Source: Macrostomum lignano
Lineage: Eukaryota
Reading direction: 5' to 3'
Assembly: GCA_002269645.1 (NCBI GenBank)
Contig: NIVC01000929.1
Span: 24,717-88,716 of the forward strand
DNA: 64,000 nucleotides
Below, piece by piece: positions 62,895 through 64,000 of the stretch; position 1 is the stretch's first letter, and every line of letters starts with the position of its first letter. The notes under the pieces were generated by a model that had not been told where the DNA came from, made no database searches, and was given only the letters and a program-made list of their open reading frames with translations. The position numbers and the translations under genes are program-made.

Positions 62895-64000
62895 ATGAGC
62901 CAACTTGTGTTTGAAGGTGGATTTTTGGATGTTCAAAAAGGATTAACAAGCTTACCAAGCGTTTTTACTACTGGAAAATATACGAATGAATTACACATCC
63001 CAGGGTATTCGTACGCAGGTTAACCCGAGGCCTGAGTGAGGAAGTCAATGTCCTTGCTAGTCACTATTTGTGGCGACACCTTCAAATTGCGTGAAACCCG
63101 TCATACAGCTTCAAGTACCACTTCAATTGAGAAATCTTTTGAAGGAACAGAGGTAACTCCTCTTCCCAAAGGTAACAAGCTTGAAGACAAGGTGGCAATG
63201 CGCAGCCAAGCTCCTAAGTATAAAAATATAAGGAGAAGGTTCAGAGAGCAGACGGAGGTGGGCGGTAATTTATCCGCTTAAGGTGTGCTCCAGCCTCTTT
63301 CGAAAGATTGAGGGCAAACTACCCGTACTGGACTGGATTTGAGATTAAATCCAGATGACACTCCAAAAGCTGATTCAATTCCCATTAATGCATGTGCATG
63401 ATTCTGTTAGTATTATCATGACTTAGCATACAGAGATGCTGATAATAATTCTCCTGAGGAAGCATTAAGATTAAAGCATGAAGCTGATAGAAAAATGATT
63501 GAGGGATTAGACAATCTACAGGCTTATCAGTAAGCCAAAGATTAACTAGGTGGATGGTTAAAAAGATCTTGCAATCTAAAGTTAAATTTGGTTTGGGAAT
63601 TAATTACAACCAACATGGAAATAATTGTGTCGAGTGTTTATTATTAAGTGGTGGTGGGTTAAGTTCTGATGAGGCAAAGGTTCTTCACAAAGAATACCGA
63701 AAGCCTAAATTTTATAGAAAAATCATGAACTTCAAAAAGAATGAAATTTGGTATGCTGATTTAATGGCAATGCCGCCCGATATGGGATATAAATATATTT
63801 TAACCATATTAGATGGTTTTACTCGATATGCGTGAGCTGTTCCTTTGAAATCCAAAAAAGGAGAAGAAGTTGCTTCTGCTTTTAGAAGTCTTGGAGAGAA
63901 AAAGTGAAAGGTTGTGTGTTGATGAAGGAAAAGAATTTTACAATCATCATATGTATAAATTGTATCATTTTGAAAAAGAAAAGAAAGGAAAAAGACGCGA
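62895..64000 (+). CDS. Parvovirus-type phospholipase A2 domain running into a retroviral-like (rve) integrase; intron-interrupted, degenerate, 3' partial: exon 1 62895..63020, exon 2 ~63322..>64000
   Basis: Exon 1 ends ELHIPGYSYAG. Exon 2 reads [PG]TGLDLRL..PIN..YHDLAY..HEADRKM, then after a frameshift KILQSKVKFGLG..LHKEYRKP..WYADL..GYKYILTILDGFTRYA*AVPLK.K.GEEV..DEGKEFYN. Confidence 0.85.
63021..63321 (+). ncRNA. Group I self-splicing intron, subgroup IC1, about 300 nt, no internal ORF
   Basis: P AAATTGCGTGAAA 63084-96; Q AATGCGCAGC 63197-206; R GTTCAGAGAGCAGA 63239-52; S AAGGTGTGCTCC 63280-91. P1 CAGGU/GCCUG with the U-G pair at the splice site; P3 CACCUUC/GGAGGUG; P7 GAGCA/UGCUC; P5abc, P6, P8 and P9 all pair. 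The 3' splice site is degenerate (end between 63321 and 63325). Confidence 0.9.

Larger units (their letters stand above)
48443..64000. mobile_element. Polinton/Maverick (adintovirus-like) endogenous DNA virus, right end beyond the window
   Basis: Abrupt switch to AT-rich, gene-dense DNA without spliceosomal introns. It carries pPolB, adenain, penton, FtsK/A32 ATPase, major capsid and rve integrase, the complete Polinton core set. The left boundary is approximate. Confidence 0.93.

Noticed and set aside
63036-63281. 81-aa ORF inside the intron as a homing endonuclease
   Set aside because: It overlaps the conserved ribozyme core, has a non-ATG start and shows no LAGLIDADG, GIY-YIG, HNH or His-Cys motif.

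Overview
Eukaryotic (animal) genomic DNA with spliceosomal introns. GC-rich exons and the style of its LINE fragments suggest a Macrostomum-like flatworm, but that is inference. Host genes: a Vsx/Chx10 homeobox exon, an Ig-superfamily type I membrane protein, a LicD/fukutin-like gene, a PAN/apple plus fibrinogen-domain gene and an ANKRD63-like ankyrin gene. Repeats and mobile DNA: several satellites, a 13.9-kb near-perfect palindrome with a 1.7-kb spacer, a 550-bp-TIR element packed with three retroelement fragments, a Crypton-type tyrosine recombinase and a Harbinger transposon. From about 48.4 kb to the window end lies an AT-rich Polinton/Maverick (adintovirus-like) endogenous virus with pPolB, fibre-like protein, adenain, penton, packaging ATPase, major capsid, PZ-like protein and integrase. 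The best finding is at its right end. A compact ~300-nt subgroup IC1 group I intron (P1-P9 traceable by eye) splits the YxGPG loop of a parvovirus-type PLA2 domain that appears to run into the integrase. An intact free-standing PD-(D/E)XK nuclease ORF ends 2 nt upstream of that gene. All family assignments come from recalled motifs; no searches or folding programs were run.
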